Below, piece by piece: positions 36,134-49,353 of a DNA stretch of 64,000 nt (position 1 is the first letter of the stretch; each line of letters starts with the position of its first letter). Location: positions 116,413 through 180,412 of the forward strand of contig CAWDBP010000014.1 of assembly GCA_963800585.1 (NCBI GenBank), read 5' to 3'. This DNA comes from an uncultured Bacteroidales bacterium (GTDB lineage Bacteria; Bacteroidota; Bacteroidia; Bacteroidales; FEN-979). The translations under genes were made by a program, and so were the position numbers. The notes beneath the pieces are model-generated. The model was not told the DNA's origin and made no database searches. It was given only the letters and a program-made list of their open reading frames with translations.

Positions 36134-37239
36134 TTAATAGAAACTCGGGCATTCCAAGGCAGTACCATTCCGCATTGAACGTCCGGGAACATTTCCCCCA
36201 CCTCCGCCGCCAAAGAGCGAAAGTTTATCAAAATCAAGTACCAGGCTGATCTCATGAGCGCCTCCTAAGCCTTGCATGTTTCCGGAAGTTATCAGATCGT
36301 AGCTGTACATGAATTTTACACTCATATCTTCTGCAAATGTATAGCGATAGCCTACCAGCAGAGCAATTGCATTACCACCTGATATACCTCCAAAACTAGC
36401 CTTATACCATGCTCCAAGATAGATATTGAACTTGAGCAAATTTAATCCTGCCTGGAGTGAACTCATGCTGTTTTGATTCTGATAAATAATCCCGGGATTG
36501 ATCTTCAGGGGATCATTGGTTCCGCCATTTGCATACATAGAAGATGTTGAACTGGCTCCACCCCCTGTAGAATCACAAGATCGAGATGGGCAACATACTT
36601 CCTTGGTAAAGGAGCAGTAGCAGTGGAAAGAAATGATTCATCAGGCTTAAAAATATGATCTACGGCAAATCCGGCTACTCCTGTGACATTTCCTTCAGGA
36701 TTGGCGAATTGCAGGATACCGCCAATACCAAAATCAGGAAAAACCTTTTTATTTCCACTGGGAGGAATAAAGGAGCTCTGATAGATATTCCCGTATTTCT
36801 CACTCAACTGATCGCTGAACACAAAGTCATCCCAATTAATACTTTTCTGTACAACCGCAGCCTTGATACCAACCTGACTAACCACCGATGCACTGATAGG
36901 GATTCTGACGCCAATGGACAGACCAACCGAGAGATCATTGATAAATCCAATACCCTCATTATTGGAATTGACAATTAGTCCGAGTCCACCGGAACCCGGT
37001 AAATTCCTGTCACCTATATCGGCAGAAAAATAATAGGAACGGAAATCCACAGGTAGATTGGGCCACTGATCGCGGAAGGAGAACCTGGCCTTTAATCCAG
37101 TATTGATCCCCGTATATGCAGGATTATAATATAGAGGAGTACTGAAAAACTGCGAATAGTTAGGATCCTGTCCCCTTACGGGGGATAAGAAGGACAGGCA
37201 TCCAAGAAGTACGATCGGTAAGATTAAATGTTTTTTCAT
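36134..37239 (-). pseudogene. PorP/SprF-family type IX secretion system membrane protein (one frame break near 36505-36538)
   Basis: The N-terminus is QDPNYSQFFSTPLYYNPAYTGINTGLKARFSFRDQWPNLP, the signature of PorP/SprF. It lies immediately downstream of a type B CTD gene, the usual pairing. Confidence 0.85.
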
Positions 37240-37254
37240 CTATATGAAGGATTA

Positions 37255-40200
37255 GTTAGCGAATTAATGTTACAGCTCCCATGGTTTTAAATGACCCCTT
37301 TCCTATATCCGAGCCTTCCCATTCAGTATTGTCAATGAACGTTGCTTTAGCCCTCCACATATAAGTTCCCGATGGCATCAATACACCACTCTGTTTTTCC
37401 CATCCCAGGATTCAGTTGGCCTGCCCTGGGCATCAAGTGCAATTGAGGTCCAGAGCAAATTTCCCCAGGAATCGAATACCTGGATCTGGAATTGCTTCAG
37501 GTTGACTCCCACCGGAGTGAAGAGGTTTGCGCCCGTACCTAAGCTTGTCGGCGAAAAGGCATTCGGGATATAAAGACCTTTAAAAATGAATTCATAGGTA
37601 TAGAAAGTGGTATCCGAACAATTATAAATGTTGGTCGAGATCAGTTTGATAAGTGAAGGATCCATCGTTTGCATAAGTGACAACTCGGATTCTCTTCTGT
37701 TGAGGTCTGCCCATTGCCAAAGTCCCACAAGTAAGTAAGGCTGTCAGGTGGAGATGACTCATTGGTGAACTGCAATTTTCCAGTCATATTATTGATGTTA
37801 TCCGAGTAAACAAACGAACTCACAGGAGTTATATGAACTGTCACGGTCGAATCCACAGTATCAAAACATCCATGCTGATCCCTGATGATATGCTTACAAC
37901 GTAATTCCCCGCCTTCTTGTACTGATGAAGGATTTTGAGATGAGAGGTGTCTGTCTCCCCAAGTATTTCTCCAAAGTTCCACAACCAGTTAACAATATGG
38001 GCCGTATCAGCCATCAGCGATGAATCGGTAAAGAATGTCGGCTTACCGCTGCAGGCAATACTATGGTTAAATATTGCCGTTGGGACCTGGAATACCGTTG
38101 TCGGTTTGATAATCGAATCCTTACAACCGAAACTGTTCATGACGACCATCTTTACATTATAGGTACCGGCAGAATCATATTTATGTGTCGGGTTTTTCAG
38201 GATTGATGAATCCTTCGATCCGGAATAGAATTCCCCGAAAGTCCATTTCCAGGTTGCTGTAGGAGCACCAAATACATTTGAAGTATCCAGGAAATGCGTG
38301 ACCTGCATTCTGCACACCGATGAATTAGAGAAGTAAGCGAATGGCGTCGGATGAATCACCAGGGATTGCGTCGTTGAATCGTTGAACACGCGGCCGGATG
38401 CCGGAACAGTGGCATGAATCAGCAGCTTCACATGGTATACTCCTCCATTTGCAAGGTATGGTGAATCACACCAACATGATGCGTATAGATAGTATCGAGT
38501 CCGTCCCCAAAGATCCAATGCCATTGATTAATAATATTGATAGGTAAGGAACTATCGCGAAAGGAGATATTGTATCTTGCGCACAACAATGTATCGGTAT
38601 GGATAAATGATGCCAGGATACATGGAAACAACTCGGCTGTCTTATGAAGGGTGTCAAAACATCCGAAACTGTTTGTCACCTTAAGAATCACCGGATAAAT
38701 ATTTTCTGCCGGGTAAATATGAGAAGTATCTCCTGAGCCTACAGACCCTGGTATTGTAATAGTGGTGAACCATCTCCGAAGTTCCACTCCCATGAAGCAA
38801 TGGTGCCACTGCCGGCAGTAAATGAGTCTAAATGAAATGGATGACACTGTCGCAAGGCGTGGAAAGGACGCGAAATAAAGCACTGGTAATGCATGCACCG
38901 TCACATGGTGGTACACGCTGTCCGTACAATTATCTGAATCGGTTGTTTTCAATCCGACAACATAAATACCTGGCTGTGTGAAGATATGTGTTCGGAGCGA
39001 ATTGATAGGAAATATTATTCGGTCCTGAATTCGGATCGCCAAAATTCCATGTGGTATTATACAGACTGTCGCCTTTTGCAAGGTCAGACTGCGGTAAAAT
39101 GAGTCGGGGTCTTATAACAAACCGTATCATTTCTGAAGGTAAAGGCATATCCTGGTTTTACACGAACACTGTCAGCGGTAGTATCCATACAGCCGTAACT
39201 GTCGGTCACGATAAGTTTTACAAGGTAGGTCGTGTCGGTTACAGGGAAGATGAAAGTCGGATTTATCAGTGATGATGTCGATCCCGGCATGAAAATCCAT
39301 TCGCGCTGTACAATGGCCGCACCGACGCCCTGCGATTTATCCTGGAATACCACCTGTCCTGCCGGGCAGAAGAAGCTGGTGTAAGAGAATGCCGCAATCG
39401 GTGTTGGGTGAGTAGTCACCGGAATAGTTATGGAATCCTGACAGTGAGCGAGATTGGTAACCCGTTCTGTTACGTTGAAAGTACTGGCAGACGTATATTT
39501 ATGTTTTGGATTCTGAAGTGTGGATGTACCACCGTCACCGAATTCCCAGAACCAGGCTGATAAGCCGCTTCCCGGTGCGATTGACAGGTCGGTAAAAGAG
39601 GTCGAATCGTTAACACAGGCAACACTTGCACTGAACATAGCTACCGGCTTCGGGTTAACTGTAACCTGTTTCGTCGTATCATGTGAACAACTGTTCGAGT
39701 TGGTAACTGTCTCTGTAACCGTATAAATTCCGGGACCACTAAAAATATGCGTAGGATCTTTCAAAGTAGAGGTATTGTTTGTACCTGAACTCGGATCACC
39801 AAAATTCCATAACCAGGCAACAAGTGTTCCTGAATTTGCAACCGATGAGTCTGTAAATATGGTTGGGCTTCCGACACAAGCAGTATCAGCTTTGAATTTT
39901 GCTTTAGGTGTAGAATTTACGGTAACTGCTTTACTGATAGAGTCAAAACAGCCGGTTGTATTGGTTACCAATAATTTGACTTGTAAAGCTGCCGCTATGC
40001 GTAAAACTATGTGTTGCATTCTGGATGGTGGATGTATTTGCATTACCGGATGCCGGGTCATCCAAAAGTCCATAACCATTGATTAATCGGTGTGCCCCCA
40101 TTTAATTGCGATAAATCGGTGAATTGAACAGGTTCCATGGTACACCTTGTGGTGGCAAAGCTAAAGTTTGCAGCAGGTGCAAAATCTATCTGAACAGGTG

Positions 40201-43200
40201 AAGTCACCGAATCACTACAATTATCAGAAGTGATGATCTTCAGCGTTACATTGTATGTTCCTCCTGTAGTATAATAATGGCCAACATTCGGGTTTCCCGG
40301 TAAATTAACCGTGAAAAGAGGACTGCCATCTCCAAAGTTCCAGATCCATGTATGGATCAATCCATGTGGTGTTGTTGACAGATTGGTAAAATGAACTGTA
40401 TCTTTGGCACAGGAGGGGGCCGAAGTCGTAAAGGAAGCAACCGGGTCACCAAGAACCAGTACCGGCTTTGTGATTGAATTACTGCAACCCTCAGATGTCG
40501 TCACAGTCAGAGTCACATTGAACACACCCGAATTTGCATATTGATGTGTCGGATTCTTAACATTGGACGTTTGTCCGTCTCCAAATTGCCAGTGCCATTG
40601 TGTGATGGTTCCTACTGCCGTGGACTGATCAGTAAATATAGTGAGCGATCCAAAACATACGGTATCAGCATGGAAGGCTGCTGTTGGATGGGCAATTATT
40701 GTGACTGTCTGCGTAGCTGTATCCGTGCAGTTGGATGCATTATAAACAATTTCTTTCACAGTATAATTCCCGGAAGCATTGAAAGTATGGCAAGGATTCT
40801 GTGCTGTCGAATTGTTAAGGTTGCCTGATGCTGGATCTCCAAAATCCCAGTACCACTGTGTAATATTACCGCCTCCGTTTGCCTGTGAATTATCGGTAAA
40901 GCACACTGACTGTTGTGCACAATCGCTGGTCGGGAAACTGAAACTGGCAAGAGGAGAAGGCATACTGTTAACTATATGACTGATCGACGCGGAACAACTG
41001 TCAGATGTTTTTACTGTCAGTGTCACCGTATGTGCCAGAGCTCCCCCTATAAATATATGTGACACACTGGGATTGCCCGGGAAATTGATTATCACAAGAG
41101 GACTGCCATCGCCGAAGTTCCAGGTCCATCGAACGATTGAACCCATGTAGCCGGGTACAGTAGTCGATTGGTTCGTATACTGAACCGGTGCTCCTAAACA
41201 GTTTGGAGTAGTGTATGAAAACGCAGGAATCGGCAAAGGATGAACCAGTACCTGTTCCATGGTATCTTTTATACAACCGTTTGAATTGGTAATAGTTAAT
41301 ATTACATTGAATACCCCATAGTTAGTATAGGTATGTGTGGGATTCTGCAAGGTTGATAAAAGGGATCCATCCCCAAAATCCCACGAGTAGCCTATGATGC
41401 TTGCAGGAAGTGGCGGTGTGGATGTATTTGTAAAGATGGTCGGAGAGCCCAGACATGTAGTATCGGCGTTGAATTTAGCTACCGGTAAGGCATTGATCGT
41501 CACTCGATTTCAGGATGGTATCCTGGCAACCGCTTGTATTGGTAACAATAAGCATGACATTATACGTAAGTGCACCTGAGAAGGAATGAACAGGGTTCTG
41601 CGCCGAGGAAATATTGTTTACCCCGGATGGAGGATCGCCGAAATTCCAGCTCCATGAAATGATGGAACCACCGCCATTGTTCTGGGAAAGATCAGTAAAC
41701 TGAACCAATTGCCCGAGACAAGTGGTTGTAGAGAAGCCGAAATTGGCAATGGGCGCCGGAATACTGTTGACAACATGTGAAACAGATGCAGCACAACCGG
41801 AACTGGTCGTAATGGTCAGGGTAACATTATGTGAAAGAATAAAGCCTCCTGCAAAAGTATGAGAAACATCCGGATTAGCCCGGGTAAAAAATGGAATCGA
41901 ATGTTCCATCTCCGAAATCCCAAATCCATTTGACAATATAGCCAAGATATCCCGGTACGGTACTTGAAAGATCAGTATAATGACCACTGCACCGAAACAG
42001 TTGGGCGCTGAGAAACTGAACGCAGGAATGGGAAGCGGATTCACAAGAACTTGTTTTGAGGTATCCTTGGTACAACCGTTGGAATTGACTACATGCAGAG
42101 AAACAGTGAATAGCCCATAGGTCAGGTAAGTATGCGTAGGATTCTGCATTGGTGATAATGGCGACCCGTCACCAAAATTCCACGAATAGGTAACAATGTT
42201 CGCAGCATTGGGAATTGATAGGTCAGTAAAATGGGTCGGGTTATTAAGACATACCGTATCTGCACTGAAATTCGCCAGTGGCAATGCATTCACCGTAACG
42301 GTATTAACCATGGTATCTGCACAACCGGTTGCGTTTTGAATAATCAGCGTCACAGTATATGAACCAGCCACTGCATATGTGTGGGTGGGATTCTGAATGG
42401 TGGATACATTGTTCAGACCCAGAAGGAGGATCGCCGAAATTCCAATGCCATTGGGTGATACTTCCACCACCATTAGTCTGGGACAGGTCAGTAAACTGTA
42501 CTGCCTGATTTATGCAGGAGGTGGTTGAATAAGTAAAATTAGCAATGGGTGAAGGAATGATGCTAATGGTATGTGTTTTAAACGCTGAACAACTGTCGCT
42601 TGTCCAGGTCGTGAGGGTCACAGTATAATTCATTGTTCCCGTTAGGAATATATGGCAGACATTTGGCGAGGCCGGGATGATAATAGTTTGAGTGGTCCCG
42701 TCTCCGAAATCCCATTTCCATTTCGCAATATACCCGGTATATCCGGCCGGAACGGTTGACTGGTCGGTAAAACATACCGGACTTGCTGAACAGGTCGGCG
42801 ATGACCAGCTGAATTCAGGAATAGGCAAAGGATTGACCTTTACCATATGCGAAACTGTATCGATGCAACCATGATGATCGGTCACTGTCAACGTAACTCT
42901 ATATGCGCCAGGGTTTGCATATAAATGTGATGTGCTTAACGGGTCTGTGCTGAAAGGACTTCCATCACCAAAATTCCATAACCAGGTCACAATCGAATCC
43001 GGTTGCATGAGGGTTGAATCGGCATGGAAATGAGTTAAAAAAGTAAAGCAGGCCGTATCATGGGTGAAGGCAACTGCAGGTGACGGATAAACATACACCT
43101 GTTTGATAATCGTATCCACGCAACCATTAAAGTTCTGGACTATTAACCTGACAGTATATGTTGGTAACCCGCCTCTGTTGAATATATGGGAAGGATTCTG

Positions 43201-45393
43201 TAAACTCGATAAATTGTTGCTGCCTGAAAGGGGATCCCCAAAATTCCAGTCCCACGATATGATATTTCCACCGCCATTCGGGAAAGAGGCATCTGTGAAC
43301 TGAACCAGATTCCCTGCACAACTTGTCGTATAAAAGAAGTTTGCGATGGGGAGTGGCAATACAACCTGGTCGTGGCTGTAATTATCCGTAAACCCTGAAT
43401 TATCAGTTACGGTTTCTGTCACAGTGTATGTTCCCGGTGCCGCATAAGTATGACAAACATCCGGGTTGTTCGGAAAATGAATTGTATCCTGGGCTGTTCC
43501 ATCTCCAAAATTCCATACCCATTGGGCGATAAAACCAAACGGTGGAGAAGGGACAGATGACAGGTCATGAAAGCACATCTGCATATTCAGGCAAGTGGGT
43601 GAAGTACTCGAGTAGAATGCCATTGGTATCAGAGGAACATACACCACATGAGAAACTGAATTTGAACAGCCAAGGGTGTCTGTAACGGTGAGTGTCACAG
43701 TCCAGTTATTAGAACCCAGGTACGTATGTATAGGATTATGACCCGTTCCGTATGTGCCATCTCCGAAATTCCAATGGCACATGGCACCTATATACCCCAT
43801 ATTCATTATAGTTGAATCAACATGGAAATCAATCTGGTTATTATAGGCTCCTGTGTTCCAGGTAAATTCAACAGCAGGTTTACCGTTGACCGTAACTGTT
43901 TGTCTGGTCGTATCCGGGCAACCGGAAGAATTTGTAACTGCCAGTGCGACGGTATATGTACCGGGAGCTGAGAAGACATGAGCGCCATTCTGAAGGTTGG
44001 AAATATTATTTCCGGAAGCAGGATCGCCATAATTCCAGTAATAGGTAACAATCAAAGGGCCATTATTCAGATGGGAAGTATTCAGGAATTTCACTGTATC
44101 TCCTGCACAAGGTACCGTGTTTACAGTAAAATTGGCAATCGGTGAAGGCGTTAATGTGACACTACGGAAGGCAGTGTCGTTACAGCCAAGGGTATTGGTC
44201 ACTATCAACTTAACCGTATAAGGACCAAGGGCTGGAAATGTATGGCTGACATTAGGATTGGCCGGTTTATTGATAAAAACAGGACCAGTCCCATCCCCGA
44301 AATTCCATTGCCACGTCGTTATACTATCCACCCCTGGAAAAGAAGAATTATTGGTGAAGTTAACCGGATTATTCTCGCAGGTTGGAGCAGAGAAAGTAAA
44401 TGCTGAAGATGGAACTGATTGGGGAATAATAACCTGTTGTGTAATTGAATTCTTACAATACGGGTAATTTGTAATATTTAATTGTACTGTATAAGTACCC
44501 GGACTACTGAAAACGTGCGTTGCATGACTACAAGGCAAACAACTACCCATGCAACCATTATTATTGTTAAATGAACAACTATCAGTGTTAGATGCTCCTG
44601 AAGCAGGATCTCCGAAATACCACGAATATGCTATAATACCGGTTGTTGGGGGTGTGAGCGGAGTCGTAGAAGCTGTTCCGTCAAAAGTCACAGGCGCATA
44701 AGAACAATTGGGTATCGTTTGAGTAAATGTAGCAGTAGGAATAAACTGGTTGGGATTAACATAAACAGCATCATAGATGGTATCTGTGGCTCCCTGGTTA
44801 TTTGTCACGATATAAGTAATTGTCCAGGTAGTCATGTAGGGTGGCAAATAAGTGTGCATAACCGGATTTGGTTGGATAGCTGAATTGTAAGGCGGAGTAC
44901 CGTCTCCAAAGTCAATATGATAATTTACAATAGGTTTCGTAATGTCGGCAACTGATGCATCCCAGAAAGAAAGTGCGTTCCCATAGCAGGAGGTATTGGT
45001 ATAATAAAAGTAAGAAATCAGCAGAGGCTGGATTTTTACTGTTATTGTCGCTGTCGCATTACAGGGAATCGAGGGGTTCGTCTCTGTAACACTCACCGTA
45101 CCAGAACCGACCACGCCCCAGTTAACGCTTATCTGGCTTGTATTTCCTCCCGAAATAATTGTACCACCTGTGATAGACCAGGAATAAGTGTGTCCCGGGA
45201 TATTCGGGGTCGAATAAATAACACCCGTTTGGTTGTTACTTACTACTAATGAGCCTGCAATGGTTGGCTGCGTATCCGCACAGGCCAAGGCCTGGAGTGA
45301 GAATGTAGTCATGCCAAGAAACAGGGTCGAGCAGGTGAGGTAGCGTAAAAATCTCTGAAACATATTGCTGTTATTAGAATGTTTGATTTTCAT
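37255..45393 (-). pseudogene. giant PKD-repeat adhesin-like protein with T9SS type B C-terminal sorting domain (about 2,700 codons; many frame breaks in the 3' 5 kb)
   Basis: There is a signal peptide at 45393 and an intact 1029-aa ORF at 42304-45393. ORFs 41475-42473, 40058-41503, 39084-40079, 38428-39081, 37841-38524, 37641-37982 and 37378-37728 all carry WNFGDG-type PKD units. The C-terminus reads YIPNAFSPT...VFDSWGNLLW...GTYMWRAKA...GAVTLIR, ending at 37255. Confidence 0.85.
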
Positions 45394-45594
45394 GCAATAA
45401 TTTTATACTATAAAAAGATAAAAAGGTTACAATCTGCAGTCTTAAAATGGGGATAACGTACCCCGTTTTTCATTAATCAACAAAAGTATAAAAAACAATA
45501 TTAATATCCAAATACGTCCTATAGACATTCACTAATTATTTTGGTTGCCTGAACAATAAATCAAAAATAAATTTTGTTTTCCAATTTATCCTCT

Positions 45595-45602
45595 TATTTT
45601 TG
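45595..45602 (+). promoter_or_regulatory. candidate -7 box (TAnnTTTG)
   Basis: TATTTTTG, 28 nt upstream of the ATG at 45631. Confidence 0.45.
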
Positions 45603-45630
45603 CATAACTGAATTCAATAACCTGGTCCTT

Positions 45631-45939
45631 ATGAAAACATTTCTTCCGTTATTCTTCTTATTGATCCTCGGCTCTTTCATTTCAGGATGTTCCAGTAAAA
45701 AGGATGCTGCCCCTTGCAACAGTGAGGGAACCTTGTGCATTGAGAATAAATTGGATTCTACAGTTGTTGTCAGCATTAAAAATACTCATGACCAGTTTAC
45801 AATTTTAAAAGATTACATGCATTGTAGTACACTGGCTGGTGATGCTACTTATTCTATTAATATTGCTGCAACCGGAATTAACAGGGACACTGCACTGATC
45901 ATTCTTACCTGTGATAAAAAACTGTTAATCATTCAATAA
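45631..45939 (+). CDS. small lipoprotein, hypothetical
   Basis: MKTFLPLFFLLILGSFISGCSSKK has a lipobox. The protein is 102 aa from this ATG. The listed ORF start at 45574 lies upstream of the candidate promoter box. Confidence 0.6.
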   Translation: MKTFLPLFFLLILGSFISGCSSKKDAAPCNSEGTLCIENKLDSTVVVSIKNTHDQFTILKDYMHCSTLAGDATYSINIAATGINRDTALIILTCDKKLLIIQ

Positions 45940-45971
45940 CAGTACCAAAACCGCAGGCTTTCTTCCCGGAA

Positions 45972-47546
45972 TCATTCAAATTTTACTTTTGTAAAGTAAT
46001 AAACCAGCCTTTTTTTATTCTCTGAAGAGTTAATATTTTTAATCTCCTGGAAACCATAACACAGGAAAAACGGACCATACCATGGAACCATGGAATTTTT
46101 ACTTTCAGTGAGCATTTTATCTTCCGGGTACATTTGCTCCATAGCAGAAAAATCAAGCTTTTCCAACACTTCATTTTCCCTGATAATCTTTGATGCAATC
46201 CTCGCTTCGCTGGAATAACAAAGAACCATGGTATCAGAAGAAATACAGAATACATTCACTTTAGGATTCAATTCAAGAGAGATCAGATTCCTGATCTCCA
46301 TTGAATTGTCCCATTTCAGGTTGCCTGACCTGTCAAATCCGGCAACGATAGCACTTGTATAACGATATCCGTCAAAAACATTATAGGTGTTAATATAAGG
46401 ACGTCCATAGAAATCAAATTCTGTAAAATTCTCAGGATGGTACTCCGGAATATAACTTTCACCAATAAATAAAATCTGGTCATCGTGCACAATTAACGGA
46501 TGAATCAACAAATTCACTTCTGGAGCAAAGTCATTCGTCGATTGGTTTTTTTTGGCCCCTTTTTTTTTAATAATTTCCAGGTCCTTTTCTGCCAGAATGT
46601 TCCTGAAATTTTTCAGCTCAAGAAAGTTCTTAAAACGAACATCCGACTGAATTCCATTCCTGATCCTGCAGGTATAAAAGCCCGAGGAACCATTAGACAA
46701 ACCATTTTTCACTGATCTTCCTGCCCCTGAATAGGTGGCAATCACCAGCAGATCATCCGTATTGACGAGGATCAGCTGAACATTTCGGATTTCCCATTCC
46801 TGGGAGATGGTACTGATTTCCGTTTCCGAAATTTTTGTTCCTGAAAAATTTATTTTCACAAGGTCGCTAACATTGTTCCTTTTCGAAACTTGTTTCCGGA
46901 TGGTAGCATATATGGTACTGGTCAAAGTATCGATTATAAAACCTGTTAAGGTTGAATTTGTTTCCTGGCCAGTCAACAGGCAATCGGACACTTTCCCGGT
47001 TCCGGTCTCGACGATCTGGATATGTGCGGGTTCATTCTTAAGATTATATCCCAGGAAGGCACGATCATGAAAAACCAGGAACTTCACAGGAACGACATTG
47101 TCTTTCAGTGTGTACCGGCTCCCGGTAATTTTGCCTGATTTACATTCCAATCTGACTATCCTCTCAGATCCTGTAATTCCTTTAATTTTCTCTCCTGTAA
47201 TAAATAAAATTGAAACAGTATCTTTCTCAAGTGAATAATCCCTGGCTTCCAGTCCCGATCTTAAAGGAACTCCTTTGACCCAAAGTGGATGAAGATTGTT
47301 GTCATAGAGCGAAAAATACCATTTTGTGAGCGAATCATCGACTGTTTCGACGCTTTTAAAATAAAGCAGGACACCGGTTGAGCCTACAGGGATAAGGTGA
47401 TAAGCCTCGTCAGTTGATTTTACAGGAATTTCAACCCTTACAGGCCTGTCATTGTCGGCAGAAGACTGAAGCCCCTGGCTCCAGGATACAGGTCCGGAAA
47501 AAAAAGAAAAAATCAGGAAGATGCAGAGAATGGTTTTCCTTAGCAT
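45972..47546 (-). CDS. hypothetical secreted protein
   Basis: Intact 524-aa ORF with a signal peptide (MLRKTILCIFLIFSFFSGPVSWSQ). I recognise no family. Confidence 0.6.
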   Translation of the reverse strand: MLRKTILCIFLIFSFFSGPVSWSQGLQSSADNDRPVRVEIPVKSTDEAYHLIPVGSTGVLLYFKSVETVDDSLTKWYFSLYDNNLHPLWVKGVPLRSGLEARDYSLEKDTVSILFITGEKIKGITGSERIVRLECKSGKITGSRYTLKDNVVPVKFLVFHDRAFLGYNLKNEPAHIQIVETGTGKVSDCLLTGQETNSTLTGFIIDTLTSTIYATIRKQVSKRNNVSDLVKINFSGTKISETEISTISQEWEIRNVQLILVNTDDLLVIATYSGAGRSVKNGLSNGSSGFYTCRIRNGIQSDVRFKNFLELKNFRNILAEKDLEIIKKKGAKKNQSTNDFAPEVNLLIHPLIVHDDQILFIGESYIPEYHPENFTEFDFYGRPYINTYNVFDGYRYTSAIVAGFDRSGNLKWDNSMEIRNLISLELNPKVNVFCISSDTMVLCYSSEARIASKIIRENEVLEKLDFSAMEQMYPEDKMLTESKNSMVPWYGPFFLCYGFQEIKNINSSENKKRLVYYFTKVKFE

Positions 47547-47609
47547 TTGGTCTGGATTGGCTGCACAAATTTATAAAATATTCCGGTAGGATTAGCAAGA
47601 GCCCCGGGG

Positions 47610-49232
47610 CTATTGCAGAATAAGTTTCAACACCGGCATTTTATTTAACCCATCTTTAATCTGTACGAAGTAGATCCCTGCTGATAAATCTGCAAGATCA
47701 ATATTCCAGGTTGAAAGGGTGGTCATTTCCTGGTAGACTTCATTGCCAACGAGGTTCATTATTTTGATTCTTCTGACCTTTTCAGAGTCAAAAACGATTC
47801 TGATCAGACCATTGGATGGATTCGGAGAAATCGTGAAATCAGTTTTTGGGCTTATTCCTTTGATACCGGTAACCGGAGTACCAATAACGAGGATATCATC
47901 CAATTCCCATGTCGACGCATGAGTGGTGTCGGAAGTATAGGTGAACCCAATATGAACTCCGTTACCATTGGTGCCGGAAACATCAATATCACCGGAGTAA
48001 GTCCAAACCCAGCCCCCGGGGGACCATGCAGAATCGAGATCTGTCCAATTAAAGTTATCTGGATCTCCCGAACCGTCATAGTCGTCGGAGATCTTTACTG
48101 AAAGAGAATTTCCCGGATAATCATAAGAACTCATAAAAGAAAATACCTCATTTTTATAGAGCTCGAAATTCATGGCAGGTGTGATTAGCCAATCTTCGTT
48201 TGCAAACGGGAGGCCGTTAGCCCAACCGCTCATCCTGGCGCATCCGGAAGAAGAAGTTCCATGGGTGGAATCTACCATCCAAAACTGGCCCGGGCCTTGA
48301 ATATTCCAGGGGGTCATTGGTGATAATTTAAAATCATTGAAATCGCGATGGAAAATAATTACTCCGTTTGAGGTGGTTGCATTTACGGCAGGGGCCGTTG
48401 AGTCTGTTTTATAATCAATAAATTCCCCTGAATTGGTGTAGGGAAAAATAGCAAAGTAATAGGTTGTATTGCTCAATAACCCTGTAAACAAGCAGGTTTG
48501 AACTCCCGGAAGAATATTCACAGCAGCACTGCCATCCCCAAGGTTTGGATCATCGGCCACAGGGATGCCATCTGTCGGAGGCACGATGTTGTTTGCATCA
48601 CTGCCAACAATAAGGTAAGAAGAAGGGACTTGCCCACCGGTCGCATCAGTCCAGTTCAGGGTGACTTTAAAATATCCCGGTGTCGCAGTGAAATCTGTTG
48701 GATAGTTTGTTGGTTCCGGTAAGGCAGTATCGCAGGTCCAGGAAATATTATCGATGGTTACCTGACCTGAATTTGTACTGTCAGCCTGTATAAACTTTAT
48801 GACAAAATCACCGGGAATATTCACAATTCTTGGGCCTGAGTTGTGAACATTAGAAGTATCGCCAACCCCTCCCGGACTTATTACATTGCAAACTTTAACA
48901 CCGTTAACATATACGTTCAGGTTAACTGCTGTTGAATATGCCTGCTTATAATCAAAATTGAATGTCCCACAGCCGTTATGGAGAGTCCCTGACCAGACAC
49001 TTGCCGTGGTATCCCGCGCTTTGCCTAAACATGGACTGGGAGAGATGATCGGACGATCGCTGCGGCATTGTTTATAAGTCCAGGTCGACCCATCCTGACC
49101 GGTAAAAGTCCCGTTGTGATAGTGGCTCCCGCTTCCTGAATAATTGTTGAAATTTTCTAAACCCTGGCAGTTTGCCTTTTGAATGACAAGGAGTAAAAAT
49201 AATAAAGGATAGAAGATAAGAACATTTCTCAT
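47610..49232 (-). CDS. secreted protein with Fn3-like region and T9SS type A C-terminal sorting domain
   Basis: The start is set at MRNVLIFYPLLFLLLVIQKANCQ. The middle has an Fn3-like segment (FKVTLNWTDATGG...YYFAIFPY) and NEDWLITPAMNF, which is reminiscent of the choice-of-anchor-J type. The C-terminus is ISPNPSNGLIRIVF...GIYFVQIKDG. Confidence 0.75.
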   Translation of the reverse strand: MRNVLIFYPLLFLLLVIQKANCQGLENFNNYSGSGSHYHNGTFTGQDGSTWTYKQCRSDRPIISPSPCLGKARDTTASVWSGTLHNGCGTFNFDYKQAYSTAVNLNVYVNGVKVCNVISPGGVGDTSNVHNSGPRIVNIPGDFVIKFIQADSTNSGQVTIDNISWTCDTALPEPTNYPTDFTATPGYFKVTLNWTDATGGQVPSSYLIVGSDANNIVPPTDGIPVADDPNLGDGSAAVNILPGVQTCLFTGLLSNTTYYFAIFPYTNSGEFIDYKTDSTAPAVNATTSNGVIIFHRDFNDFKLSPMTPWNIQGPGQFWMVDSTHGTSSSGCARMSGWANGLPFANEDWLITPAMNFELYKNEVFSFMSSYDYPGNSLSVKISDDYDGSGDPDNFNWTDLDSAWSPGGWVWTYSGDIDVSGTNGNGVHIGFTYTSDTTHASTWELDDILVIGTPVTGIKGISPKTDFTISPNPSNGLIRIVFDSEKVRRIKIMNLVGNEVYQEMTTLSTWNIDLADLSAGIYFVQIKDGLNKMPVLKLILQ

Positions 49233-49298
49233 TTTGTCATTTTCCCCCTTAATCGGCTTTGCCATAAAAAGGTAATACAATAAAATGATTTTTTTATT

Positions 49299-49353
49299 CT
49301 CTATCTTCTATCTTCCATTCACCACTTACCACTCACCATTCACTATTCACCAT
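49299..49353 (-). repeat. degenerate 6-8 nt array of the TCACC family (array G)
   Basis: ttctatc ttccat tcaccact taccac tcaccat tcactat tcaccat. It ends 1 nt from the dnaK TAA (49354-49356). GGTGA lies on the dnaK coding strand. Confidence 0.8.
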
